Shown: positions 39,751 to 53,592 of the stretch, piece by piece | Position numbering within the stretch: the stretch's first letter is position 1 | Layout: each line of letters begins with the position of its first letter | Origin: Lingula anatina | Taxonomy: Eukaryota; Animalia; Brachiopoda | DNA length: 64,000 nt | Assembly (NCBI GenBank): GCA_051362555.1 | Contig: CM120648.1 | Location: forward strand, 2,271,721 to 2,335,720 | Direction: 5' to 3' | Made by a program: the position numbers and the translations under genes | Notes under the pieces: model-generated | What the model saw: the letters and a program-made list of their open reading frames with translations, nothing else | Databases searched by the model: none | What the model was told of the DNA's origin: nothing

Positions 39751-42095
39751 TTAGACTTGGTGATCTCCATATTCATCTGACACCCTAGTGTCAGGAAAGG
39801 CACGTTCAACAAAATTTTTCATAAATTCCAGTTGGAACCAAGATGGACTGCTGTTCACTGTGACCAAGGCGATGTTTTCAGACAAACCGTCTCCGTTCTC
39901 TGTTGTACCGGGGTTGTCTTGGCAACGGTTTTTCAACTGCGACGTCCGACGTCGTCCTTTCATGTATAGCTCCTGGCCCTGTCGGAGGACGTTGCCGTAG
40001 ATTTTTTCATCATGCAGGGTTTCCTCATGTGTCTTCTTTTCTCCAAATATAATTATCAACACCATTGCTGTAAGGCATAAACATGCAAAACATAGTGCAA
40101 AATAAAATACTGAATACAACACAAGCGATTTACTGTTCTTACAAAGGCTTCGAAATCATTCCATCACGAGTGCAGAGGTATATATATATATATATATATA
40201 AACACCCACCTTGTATGGATCCAGCGTCCTCTATAAGTTTGGTGAAAACCGTGTCACCATTTAAGTACATTTTTCTGATGTCCTTTATTAGACAACAGAT
40301 CAAGAGCCGACAATCTGAGTTTAACTCGGTACCCTTGGCGAGACTGGAGATTTCTGGACAGAAGTTCTTTCTGAACATAGCCTGAAGTTTTTTTGGTGTC
40401 TCAGAACTCAAGACACCGACAAATGTTCTCTGTATGTTTTCTTCGGGACGAGGAATGGCCATCAAACCTTCATCCTGTAACAGCATTTGACCCGTTTTAA
40501 ATTTAATACTGCAGTAACACTTGCCGTAACCAATATTTGCGTGTGCTTATACTTTAAGTAAGACGAAGCAGTGTAAAACTTTCACCCAACCGTATCTCGG
40601 TACTACTTTGTCATATGTACGGAGCTATAAAAATTGGAAGGTATCTTCATATATACACTGTATCACACTGGTACTCAAAATTTAGACTGAAGTAGTCTGT
40701 CACATATTACTGGTACATTCACTGACATTACAAGAGCACTGCCTCTACAGTGGTGATATTCATGTCATTTAATTTTTTTATTAAAATTTTGATTAAGTCT
40801 TTTGATTATTATTGGGTTACAACGCCCGTATTCTATTTCAAACTACCTTGATAACTTACAGTAATAGGAAATATCCTGCAACGTCCAATACAGCGTTTTA
40901 GCCTTAGGCCTATACCTGAAATATTTCAATTATTAAAATATAATTCAATAATATCTTATTCTTTCTGGTACAAACGACGAACTTTTTTTGAGAACCGCTA
41001 AGTATGTTATTAATCTACACAATTGTATTGGTGACAATTATTTAAAAGCCAGTGATAATTTTGTGCCATAATGTACACCGCTTGTATGCTTGTATATATT
41101 ATGAGACTATATGCACATGGGCCTATGTATGTACCTCGACGCCAAAGCACGTAGCAAATAACAATAGTTACACAAGTCAGTGCTCCGATTACTACCCAAC
41201 ACCATACTGGTACTGCTGCGACATATGTACACAACTAAAACAAAAAAGGAGATGATTATATTAAACGAATTTGCTCTCATGAGATTAAAGAAGATGCTTT
41301 GCTTACTCAGATCTAGAGAAATTACAGACTTGCATGTAACAAAGCACTTTAATTTAGCACACACAATCAACAAAACTGACTCGTCCTTATACCGGTATAT
41401 CAGTGTAAGTAAAATCTACGGCATTGCAGTCTCATGCCAGAGCCGTAGCCTGAGCAAAATGCCAGGGGGGGCAGTAAGCCGACACGAGGGGGCGAAGCCC
41501 CCGAGGGGGGAGGGGGTGTCCCCCTACCAGTGTGGAAAATTCTAAATCCCAGGGGGGGGGGGGCAGCTGCCCCCCCCCCTGCCCCCCCGGAGGCTACGGC
41601 CCTGCATGCTACAGTAAATGTAGTTAATCTTGAATTAAAGGGTACGCTTAACTAAAAGTGACATATAATGACACCATACACTTTCGTGAGGGAACCTACA
41701 TGTCCCACTATAGGCCTATACACGGTGCTAGCTTAATTGGCTGTCACTAATAGGCTATTATATGCTAATATATAAGACAGTCTATGGCGTATAGATAGCG
41801 TAAAATTTTCTATAAATGACAATATCATAAGATTAGTTTCAAACACTTAAAAGCACTTGTGTAGTATTCTAAAGTCGTATTAAGGGCTTTTAGGTTCATT
41901 AACAGGAAAAGGTGACGGACTGTCTTTACTGGCCATGGGCGAACGCACGATTGGTTGACGCAACGATCATGAAACGCGCTCGCCAGCTCTTACCCCAAAT
42001 CCTAGTTGCCCAATTGCCTTTATCCAGACGTCGATTGCCTGCCCCGTAGCAGCCCTGTCATCCTGTTGATCTTCAATAGTCGTGTTGATGTTCAT
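39751..42095 (-). CDS. Family B copy 4 (exon 1 41994-42095; 2a 41135-41234; truncated 2b from 40624; exon 4 40210-40474; exon 5 39751-40067); exon 3 deleted
   Basis: Exons are open. The ancestral ATG is ATT but a new in-frame ATG lies 6 codons upstream. Splicing 2a to 4 frameshifts, whereas splicing 1 to 4 is in frame. Confidence 0.65.
41438..41604. mobile_element. hAT-type MITE with 5-bp TSD in B4 intron 1
   Basis: TIR CAGAGCCGTAGC / GCTACGGCCCTG; TSD CATGC; empty site in B3 at ~23796. Confidence 0.75.
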
Positions 42096-42185
42096 AGCTT
42101 CAGGTAAATGGACTCAACTGTACTGACTGTAGAACTTTTGTAAGTCTCCTGATATACTATGAGATGCTGCAGCTACTAAAATTTT

Positions 42186-42213
42186 GAAAATTCCCGCTGC
42201 CAGTTTCGCTTTT
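42186..42213 (-). promoter_or_regulatory. kappaB-like and ISRE-like sites upstream of B4
   Basis: gaaaattccc at 42186-42195; agtttcgctttt at 42202-42213. Confidence 0.5.
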
Positions 42214-42694
42214 ATTGTCTATCTTCTGCAGGGAGCTTTTTGCACGCTGTCTGGTTTGAAGGCAATGAATATTTTTGAGTAGTCAGCTGATCCACGATGT
42301 TACCTTGCCGACCTACGGGGCACGAGAATTTAAAATGCTGTTTGCACACACAAAGTCAATAAGAAATTGCCCCAGTTATTCTATATCAGCTCTCTCAATT
42401 CCTGAAATAAAGAGCCTCCTCTGTTCTGTATTTGAGGTAAGCCAATAACGCTCATTAGCTATTTCAGTAAATAAGCGACTTATGTAAAATATTTAAATTT
42501 ACTAGAAAATGTTCATCGCAACGTTCTACTGGTACCTGGTATCATTTAATGTGGAGAAAGTGCTCTATTTCTATGATAGTATATAAAACTGAAACCAAGA
42601 AGAATGCAATTACTAGAACCTTTTGACATTAAAAAAGGACGTAAAATTAATGAGGACTCGCCAGTTTTGAGCTTTGTAACAACATAATTAAAAA

Positions 42695-42735
<41 letters not shown>

Positions 42736-43489
42736 CAAAGATTGGATTCAAGACAGTGTGTTCTCGTACTTGAAATTTTTAGAAAACGTTGCTTGAGTTG
42801 CTACCTGTAGCCAACTACCGCAATCGCCATCCTCCTAGGCTGTGTCTCCTCTTGGACGGTATCGCCATCTGGGACCACCGATTGTAAACAAAACAATGGC
42901 GAACTGCGAGACAGAGGCAGCCAACTCTTCAGAGAGCTGGTAAAAGAATTCATGCTCCTTTCTCTCAACTTTGACAATCAGTACAGGGAGCTATGGTAAG
43001 GATAAATATTGTTTTTCTTGTTCATTCCGCATTCTTTAACGTTCATCTTGGTTTGATTTTTGGCCTGCAAACTAGAACTGATTTATCCCCTGGCAGAGTT
43101 GACCGAGAATTTGTAGACTGAGGGGGCGTGTGAAGTACATACGAACGCCAAGTCCCTGTGTTAATTCAGTTGAGTAAAGACTGTATTTCATGGATATTCA
43201 CTGTGATATAATCTATGTCGATTTAGGTTTGAATTCTGAGAAAGACGTGTGCATGTGCCTGATTTAATTTGGTGCTATATATAGCTCTAGTGAGTTGAAT
43301 GAATTATTTTTACGGGATTCGATTACCTCTTCTTGTCCCGTACGCTTCAGAATTTATTGTACCTCTGATATAAAGAGGTGTATTGCGGTGTATTGCGCAT
43401 TTCAGTCACACCGGGTGTCAAGGATTGTTCTGTCCCTTAGCTAATTAATCTCTCTCTCTTTCTCCCTCACCCCCCTCTTTAATGCTCTA

Positions 43490-43531
<42 letters not shown>

Positions 43532-43814
43532 AACTAAGACTTCATTTCTATAGATACGCCATCTGTCTATATGTAGAAGATTGACCCAAGTACTGTATTC
43601 GAGGACTCTGGCTAAGTGCAATCAGCTTAAAAGCATGGCATGCCTCCTGACTTAAAGTGATATACAGAAAAGCTCCCTAGCTGTCTCTTCCATCACTCTT
43701 TCACCTTCTCTCTCTCTCTCTCTCTTTATCTCTTTCACTCTCTCTCTCTTTCACTCTCTCTCTCTCTCTCTTTCTCTCTTTCACTCTCGCTCTTTCACTC
43801 TCTCTCTCTCTCTA

Positions 43815-45006
43815 AAACCCCCTTTACACTGGACGGCGTCCTTTCTGCGTCCTTTGTGCGACCATGAAACTGGCCAGGACGCCGTCGGATGCTCAAAGAA
43901 CGCACAGTGATCGCCAAGGTCGCACAAAGAACGTTCAAGCATCGCCGAGGACGCCATGGACGCCGCGAAGTTTTGAGCATGTTCAAAACAATCGCTGAGA
44001 GAACGCGATGGAGGATGGTCGCTCAATGGACGCAGAAAGGACGCACAAGCATCGCCGTGGTCGCAGAGAGAACGCACAAGCACCGCCGCGGTCGCAGAGA
44101 GGACGCACAAGCATCGCCGCGGCCGTAGAAAGGAGGCACAAGCATCGCTTTGGTTGCAGAATGAAAACTCAAAGATCGTCCAGTGTTCGACACGTAGAAC
44201 GTTGTTTTTTTTCACTCTCAAACGGGGCCGTGCTGAGGTATTTTTCACCAGACAGGAATTCTAAGGGCAACAGTGGTCTCATATCAGTCTCCGATTGTTT
44301 TTTCCCCTAAAATTCATGAAACGATCCATTTTTTTTTTTTTTGAGATTATTATAAAACGAATATTTTTTTCCTTTTTTACAAGATGCATTAATTGTCAGA
44401 ACTTTTTGCTGAATGCTTCATTTGAAAACGGATTCAAACATTCTATGTTGTGTCAGTCATACTTTCTCGTTTTCGGCGCCTGTCCATCCTTCTTATAAGG
44501 AAAACAATGAGCATCTGGCTGATTATCAGTCCATGCAGACCTTGCATCACTATAGTTTAAAGCGTTTATTCCCATTTATTTGTTTTGTGTGCTGGAAATG
44601 TTCTTTATTGGATGACCTGGTTGGAACCGATGAAAAAATATGAGTTAGAATATAGAGAAGGGCGCCCAAACAACGCTCATCGGTCAAGCAGGATGCAGAA
44701 TGATCGTAGAATAGACGCCACTGATCGCTGATGAAGGTACAGAGAACGCAGCAAGAATGCTCAATGGTCGCTCAAACATCGCAATGGATGCCTTGGGTTG
44801 CACAGGGTACGTACAGTGGAGGCAGGCAGGTTGCTCGCAGTTTTACAGGTAAAATCAAGATACGGTCATTCAAAGGACGCACAAGGGACACAGACGCCTT
44901 TACACTGAGACACGATTTAATAGCTTTGGCGACCGTTGAGCGTCCTGACCACATTTTTGAACGCAGAAGGGACGCAGAAAGGAAGCCGTCCAGTGTAAAG
45001 GGGCCC
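43815..45006. mobile_element. Harbinger-like non-autonomous element with ~30-bp subterminal tandem repeats
   Basis: TIR CCCCTTTACACTGGACGGC..CCTTTCTGCGTCC at both ends; gcacaagcatcgccg repeats at 43900-44160. Confidence 0.8.
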
Positions 45007-47225
45007 TTAGTGGAATACAGAAAAGCTTTCTCTTTACCATCACTCTTTCACTCTCTCTCTTTCTTCTGTGAGTGCAGTCATAACAAGTAAATCTGCAGAC
45101 TAACAGATCTGCGGATCAAATGTTGCCAACCCACTTAAAAGCAACGCTGTATAAAATCCTGATGAACTGCCAACCTCTACACACACCGTCCCTAGCAAAA
45201 ACATTTAAGCCGAGATTTAATCTATTAAAATGGTGCGTCTGGAGGCAGGGAGACCATCAGGGGATTATTTGATCGGGACTGCCTTTAAGGCTCTATTCCC
45301 ATAGATTTTAGATCAATCTATCCCCGCGGGGAGTCTCACTAGATTACTGTCAGATAATCCAACTTAAATGTCCGTCCCGCCTACTACAAGCTGTAAGAGG
45401 GTAATTAACTTTTGTGTCTGCCCGGCTGACAGCTATTTAGCGTGAACCCACAGGGAGTTAGGTTGATCTAAAGTAGGTCGATCTAATCTATAGAAATGGG
45501 GTGTTAGTGGCTCGGCCATATTTAGTCCGTGGATATATGTAAGTCTGCTGATCAGCTTGTTCTAAATCTGCTCTCTCTCTCTCCCACACATTTCCTGCAC
45601 ACTGTTAGGGATTAGACAAGTCAAACATATGTAAGGCACAGAACGACCATTGATGTAAGTGGAATAATCAATCATTAAGCTGGCCTTGTAGCACCAAGCT
45701 GCTAAGGTCTTCACTCTGGCATTACAGCCATTTTTAAGTTTAAGTCAACTGTTAGAGAGTTTTTAAAAGAAATTCTTTAATCATCACCACCAGCCTTTGG
45801 TACTGTATTGTTCAAATTTTAATGGTAAATAAATTTTGCTGTTTGTTGGGGTACCTACTTTCTTTTCTTTGTTTCTTTGTTTTTTACAATCATTTTTCAC
45901 CTTCTTTACATAATTGAACACGGCATATACAAATCATACAAATTCAACCAACCAATTTGCTGGAACTTCCCTTATTCTGGCACCCAAGCCATAGCCTTGG
46001 AGCAATTTTTTTCCTTTTTGATAGTTTACCTGGGCTGCAGGGGTTCATTATACCATCCATTATGTCTTCCAATGCCTAAAATAATTGCTCTGCACTGAAA
46101 AAAAAAGGCACAGATCAATATTTCTAATATAAAATGAAAGGATGTCAACAGTACAGTAAGTAATTTGATTGTGCAAAGAGAGAAAAAGAGAGAGAAAGAA
46201 AAAGAGAAATAATTCAGAGAAGAGAGTTATTAAATTGTTACGGAAATTTGCAATAATTCCCCATGGGATAAAGGCAGCTGCACAGGACCCTCTGGAGTTC
46301 ATGTGGGAAAACCTGAACAATTGGAAATCTTTAGAAACAGAACTTTTTATTTTCTTCTCATCAGAGTTGCATATTTTGTATATTATTTATAACAGACTCC
46401 CATTGTTTCTATTCTATACTTTAAAAGTGGCAAAAAATGCTAAACAGAATATGATTATAATTATAATGAATGCAGAATTACGTACAAGAAAAAAGGTTCT
46501 GAATTTTGTATTGTATTTGAGGGCTCTCTGTGACTCTCAGAGTGTAACTATACCAGTTCAGCACCTTATGTTCTTTGACGCTGAGGGTGTAACTTTTCCA
46601 GTAAAGTCTTTATGGTCTTTCACTCTCAGGGTGTATTGTCTGCAGTAATCCAGATGTCTTCTGAAGAATGTCGCTGTGTCTCAGGGGACACGCCATTGAG
46701 TGGCCATATAAAATGTCAGGCCTTTCTTTATCAACTGACGAGCATGCTGTGCTTTCTTAGGTCAAGAAGAGATGATATTACTAGTATATATTATACTATG
46801 TGAGGTGCTGGCCCATATGAGATTTTTCTCCTGTCATGAATTATGGCTTTTATTACTTTTGTCATGGCTATTGATTCTCAATCCATCAGATACTGACCTT
46901 GAATGAGAAGAGACGCTTGACTTTTTTATTGAAATTTTTGAGGCAACATGTTTAAATTCTGTGGTTTTATGGTTTCCAAAATTCCATGTATTTTTTTCAC
47001 TCTTATTAAAAAATCATGAAATCTTTGTATCAAATTTTTGTTTTCTCTATAAGTAAAAAAAAAAAAAAAAGCTGGGTTCTGGATTTACTAAAGCAGCATA
47101 AATTTATTTATTTATTTTTATTTGTTTGTTTGTTTATTTATTTATTTATGAGATCATTAAAATATTTTGCTTGCACTGAAAATAATGAAGAATTGTTTTT
47201 ACTTTAACATTAAGTTTTTAATTAC

Positions 47226-47266
<41 letters not shown>

Positions 47267-49519
47267 GCTACACACAAAAGTAAACACATATTGCCTTAAA
47301 TCATCTCAGCACAGAACTCGGCTGAGAACAGACAGAGTGGGATTATATTGATCGGCTCAAGTATAAAAGAAGATTACATTTTATTCCGTTCTTTTCTTTC
47401 TTTATTGGCCAAGGTCTCAACTCTGGGGATTCCTCTACATCCGGTAGGTGACCACAGCTGATTGCGCTCGTTAGAGGCATCTTTGTTGTTAAGCACATTT
47501 ATAGTAATTGTGAATGCATATATTTCTGTAATTGTTGGTACATAATCGTTATTCCTTCATTTCTATATTTCATTTTATGGATGTACTAGCTTATCAATAA
47601 AAAGGTCCTGTTTCAAAGGACTTGTAAGTGGTTTTTGTTCTGGATGTTTGGAAAGTAACTCTTTTTGTGCTTGTTCTAATGGCTGTATAGTATAGAAAAA
47701 ATATCACATGTCAGTTTGACTGTTGTTGTTATTTTCATTATTATTATTATTTCTTGTAGCAAGGGTTAAGGCAAACATTTTGTTATCTCAGTGTTTGTAA
47801 ACATTGCTGTTGCATTTTCTTTGGTTTCATTTACAGAACTTCTATAATATCTGTGTCTGCATATATCTGAGGCCGTTCTTAACACAGCACCTCTTGTTCA
47901 ATGTGAAGCACCCTGGGTATCAGAGCTTATTTTCCTCCAATCAGCATGTCTCTGCTGTTACCAGGATACTTGACTGGTTCCCTTTAATCTCTGAAATTCA
48001 GGGTACATGTTCAAGAAGGGCATCATTCAGAAGCAAACTTGATCCATCTACTTGAAAGCTTGCCACATAATCCCCTTGGGGAATCTATTCAGTGTCCACT
48101 AGGGGATTATGCAGCAAGCATTCAAGGGGGTCGGACATATTTGATCCGCGGATCTGTAAGTCCATGGATCCAGCAATCGGCAATCCTCGGCTCATTCTGC
48201 AAGCTCCATACTAACCTTGGATGTGATAGGTGGAGAAATATGCACCAAATCCATGCATTTTGTCTGCCGGAAATGCCTTAATTCTCACTCAATCGATCAT
48301 TACGCTCATAAAGATGGCTGTCAATACCCCTGATTTTTATGATGGTTTACAGTTTGCCAAACAATGCACTAAGATTGACTTTGATTTAAAAGATAAATAG
48401 ATACAGGCGTTGAAAGAATTAGGTTTAAATTAGCGCGAGGTTGAAAGTAGTTCCTTCCCAACAATCAGCAATCAAATATGGCTGCCTCTGTATTACGTCC
48501 GAGGTTATTGTCGAGTGCGGAGACATCCGAGTAGTTCCGAGTGTGGATCCAGTTGTTCTGAATGTCCCCAATGTTTTCACTTGTTTGATAGCATTCCACT
48601 TACAGTACATGTATTTATGTATATATATGTGTGTAAGCACGTTTATATACAGTATGTTACTCGTGTAAAATGTTGCCACTAAAAGGAAAGGTGTGTTGAA
48701 TGACTTAACTAAGTTATTATATTATATGTCACATGTGTCTATAATGTCAGTGTAATGTAACCACTAAAAAAATTGTGTGAAGAATGAATGAAAAAAGTAA
48801 CTAATTTTTTTCAGCATGTTAAATTTGGTCTTTTTAACAGAAATGATAACATCTTGTAGGCCTCCATGTCCAGAACACGATGACACGGTGATCTACTTCA
48901 TCTTGCCCCTTCTTTGACTTATTAACCTGATACTATTAGAATTTTCTTGCATACAAAGCGCATGCCAGATCAGTCAAATCCAGACCACTATTATTTCCCA
49001 CATAATTTCCCTGAGAGCAATCGATTGGCAATTGCCATATTACAATTATGCGGTGGTCAAGATACGATTAAGTTGACCTGAGGCCAATATTAGCTGACTG
49101 AAGATTGGACAGCGATCGTAATTGAAGCTTATTTCTTCCCACTTGAGGTTTTGGTATTTTGTTTTGTAGACAGGCGGAGTAGGTTAATGCATGGATTTGT
49201 GAATTAATGAATTAAACTGAGATTTCATGGCATAAGAGATCCAGATGAAAGCTGGCCAAAGCATTTGCAGTGTGGTGTCTTTAATTTGTCCATTGCAATC
49301 ACAGATCCACAGCTTTAGGTCACAAATGACAATTATTGTTACAGAGGCCTGTTGTGTGATGTTCACAGTTCCATAACTCTCTCTAGTTTCAGATCAATTA
49401 TCCTGGAGATAAAACTGCTCACGACCTGGGTTCGCACATGTTGTGTGGCTCCAAACATTATCCAGTACATTACTGTTATCTTTATTTCTCTATATTGTCT
49501 CATGTTTTATGACTTCTTA

Positions 49520-52500
49520 CGGTAATGTGCCATGAATTTCGAACAGTAGAAAATAATTAAATTTGGGAAACGATCGTTCTGGCCGAAATTCATGAAAAGG
49601 AGGTGCTCAGAACTTCCGAAAGTTCGAATTTCATGGAATTCTGTCAATTTTGACCGGAAGTTGTCTGTTCGTCGCTAGGCCTTCTGTTATCTTCTCCCGA
49701 CGATCTATTTAGAGTTACCATAATGTATGATTGTGTGAGTGTCGGTAATTGCGACCAAAGGTATACACGTACTTTCACCCGATCACTGTGTATGGCCCAT
49801 AGATAGAGCGGTGCTGTTGTTTAGGGCCGCAAAACAGCATCGTTATCAGTAGTGTCGTTTTTCAAAAGCGATTCTGGCAGCCAGAAACTAGTGTCGTTTT
49901 TCAAAAACGATCCTGGCGCTCAGAACGGGAGTGGACGGAGGGAGAGACGGCCGACGATTAGCGTCTGCCACGGCCAGATAACCTTTACTATGGAAGCTTA
50001 GTGTTACCGTTGCTCCTTTCCGTGCACTGAAACTGAGACGACAGCCGATCAGTGTCTATGGCGCACGTGCAGGTAGCCTTCATCTGCGATAAGTGTCTTC
50101 CGCGACCAGGTTCGTTGCCTTTACCGTTAAAGTCGGGCGGAGCTTTACGCGCGAATGCGTCCTCATCTCGCCGTTCTCGGGTCGGTGTCTCCGACGCATA
50201 CGTAGCCTTCCCTGCAGAAGCCGGCCTCGGAACTACGGCCTCTCCTCCGGACGGAGAGGCCACTACGACCGCAGATCGGTATGTGCGGCGCACAGGTAGC
50301 CTTCGCCACGGCAGCCGAACTGTGTATTACGGTCTCTCTCCGTCGTGCGCTGCGACCAAGATGACAGCTGATTGTTGTCTGCGATCAAATATATTAGGTT
50401 TGGGATTAGGCTTTTTTTCAGTGAACCGCCCAGCCGCCGAGAAAGCCGAGAAAGCAATTTTCATATTCGCGCAAAGGAGTTCGTTAGCGGCATATCGTCA
50501 GCGTGAGATAGCTTCTTTTCCTTCTACCTTTGGTGGACTAATGGAGCATAACAATAGCAAAGGTCTTTAAAATATTGTAATTCGCATGCACAGAATTGAA
50601 GTTGTGTGTTTTTTCCTCTTTTGACCACGTGGATGCTAAAATCCTAGGAATATGCGCCAACATCGTCTATCTTCAAGAAACGGACTCGGTATGATCAGTT
50701 TCAGTCGACAAACCGAATTTTCCCATCATATCCGTAAGCTCATATTAATTAGCGACAAGGCATGGCACAAGCATGTATTGTAAATGTATTTGCCGTAGCC
50801 CGTAGCCACTTACGATGCCATAAAAATCGCACGGAAAACAGTAAATGTTTTCATTGTACGGCATATGTAGCAAATGGCATTTAGCAATCCAAACGAGATG
50901 AAGAGGCAATTTTAACATTATCAGCCGAATATCGTTTGCGATCCGAGCGAGACGAGAAGGTAAATTTCATATTCGTTTTAGGGACTTCGTCAGCAGAAAA
51001 ATCATTAGCGGGAGATAGTTATGAATCCGAGCAAAACGAGAAGGCAATATGAATAAGGTTGGAGGGAGATCGTCAGCGATTCGAGGGAGACAAGAAGGCA
51101 ATTTCCACATTTGTTCAAGGGCCGCATTAGTGGAAGATCGTCAGTGGGAAACAAGGTGGTTTGGTTGCGTTCATCATATATAATTTATGTTAATGTCACA
51201 TGGCTGAGATGGTGACAACTGACTGCTGAATGGTAATTTTTCATTAAAAATCCACGTGCTCTAGCATTTCAGACTGCCACCAAAAAAAAAAAAAAAAACA
51301 AACAAAACAAAATAAGTCCGTAATTTAATTTTTTATGTATTTTTTATATTATTTTTAATTATTTTCATACCCCCCTTTCTTTGAAAATTATTCTTTCTCT
51401 TTTTCATTTACATTTTTTTTTATTTTTGAATGTCCAAAAAGCTATTAATGATAGGTAAGGATAGTGTCCAATGAAAAATCCAAATGAACAGAAAAATCGA
51501 AGGCGTTAAAAGTTTTAATTAGACTAATTATACCAGTAATAGACTGATATATTTCTATACTCCATCCTCTGCTGCATGCGTTGGCGGCCATTTTGGTTTA
51601 TACATACCAGAAACGTGCTAGCATGCAGTCAATTATCCTACTGTGTTTTTTTTTTACAGGAAATAGGTTCACAAGAGCCACAAATAAAGTATATCTGTCG
51701 ACTTTTGGTTGTTTTTCTATTTTCCCTCAAAAATTGACGGCCATATTGAAAATGCTCAAAGTCTTTGAAGTAGACACCAAGCTAACTTAATCTTTCTAGC
51801 CCTAAAGGATGGGTTTCTGTAATGGATGTTTACAGGAAAGATCACTGCAGGATTCGACTATTTAGTATATGGGAGTCAGTAGATATTCGCATGTATTGTG
51901 CAATATCACCCAGTGACATCATCATGACGTCATTATAACTGTTATAGATGTGCACAGTAAGTGTCAGTTTCTCAAATTTATTCATATTATCATAATTAAC
52001 GCCGGTAGTGCTCGTTTAAGGGAATTTTTGATGTACGTAAAAATGCTGAATCAGCATATTTTAAGAAAGCCGCTCATCCGGGTACTTGTGAATTTTGGAA
52101 TTGCCCCCCGATCCAAAATTGACAAACACCCAATGGTCATTCATCGTGGAAAGTTTCATGCTTTTATCAACTTTTGCACAATTTTTTGGCTTAGCCGCCT
52201 AACTACAATTTTATCCTTTAATATAATTTTGGGAGGCATGCACCCGCATGTAAGCTGGGTGATGTCAGTTAGCCCCTAGTTAAATAAATATACCCTTATG
52301 AGCAAGGCTTTTCCCAGCGAACCGTCCAGCCGTCATTTGGACGGCCTCTGACATCACCAGACGGCCTATATTTTCAAAGACGGCTAGACGGCTTGCGACT
52401 TTTATTTTAATGACGTCTTGGCTTGTCGGGACAGCCGTGGACGTTGTAAGAAATTTTCTTAGAGTAATTTGACGTACCTAGCTTTTATGATGCGTCACAG

Positions 52501-53476
52501 ATGAATGGTACTACTTTGTAGTGTACGCTGATATTCAGTCACGACGAAACTACTTTCTTAAAGCTTACAAAACACAATAAAATGTTTCTATGAACAAAAC
52601 ACTAAGCAAACTACAGGCCAATTTGTGAAAGGGGACACCTTCCGAACCTTCATACGCACGGCAACTGACAAAGCTGATTGACAGAAAGGAAAATTTCAAA
52701 TTTTCGGCGAGAGATCGTTCGCAATCCGAGAGAGACCAGGAGGCAATTTTCATATTTGTTAAAGAGACTTCGTAAGCCAAAGGGCGAGTAAAACGAGAAA
52801 GCTCATACTCGTTCAGTGGCTTTCGTTTGCGGCAGATCGTCAGCCGGAGATCGTTCTCGATTGTTTTTAACCCTCCATCCCTCCCCATTGGAATTTATAA
52901 TTTTTAAAAATATTTTTCATTTCATTTGTACATTTCAAGGGACTTCATTAGCGGAAGATCGTCAGCGGGAGATCGAGCGAGACAAGAAAGCAATAATGGT
53001 AATCTTTATTGCAGCTCTTAACATTGCTCTTTTGTTCTGTTACTGAAGTCTCTACTGTTAACAATGCTATTGTGCGCCTCAGCAAAACTACCGATCGCTA
53101 TCTCACACCGAATACTGCGGTAAAGAAACAACAGCCCGACAGTACAACTCTTAATAGATTCTCCTGTTATCTGAATGAATGGATATGACGATGTTGTTTA
53201 GCGTCCTAAACTAACTGTACTGATCGTTATCTTGCACCTTGGGCCGCACACGTAGTACTCAGGTAAAGGTACGCTAGGGCAACATTGCCGACTGTTAGAT
53301 CTTTATAAGCGCGAGAATAGCCCGGTGGCCGATTTTAAGGTGTACGAAATTCACGAAATGAAGATCGCGCAAAATTGCTTACTGGCCGAAATTCATGGTC
53401 CAGAAAAAACTCCAGACGGCCGATTTTAAGATCGTTCGAAATTCAAGAGCCGTTCGAAATTCATGGCACTTTACCG
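49520..53476. mobile_element. TA-flanked TIR element (Tc1/mariner-pogo type, non-autonomous) with nested fragments
   Basis: TIR CGGTAAWGTGCCATGAATTTCGAAC; TA flanks; internal dispersed repeats (gag.gagac.agaaggcaattt); nested segment 51700-51860 matches the TIR at 5760-5900. Confidence 0.75.
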
Positions 53477-53592
53477 TATATGTGATAAGATATGCCAATT
53501 GCTCTCAATGAAGAAGATACTGTGGTTTACACTAATATTTGATAAAGCTCCACCCCTTTGTTAAATGTCTGGTGACGTGACCCTGAGATTCA

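Noticed and set aside
43900-44160. ~30-bp repeats as a CRISPR-like array or repeat protein (ORFs 43781-44310)
   Set aside because: The units are head-to-tail without unique spacers, lie inside a TIR element and sit in a eukaryotic context.
46169-46648. 159-aa ORF
   Set aside because: Non-ATG start, low-complexity AT-rich composition and no motif or convincing splice context.
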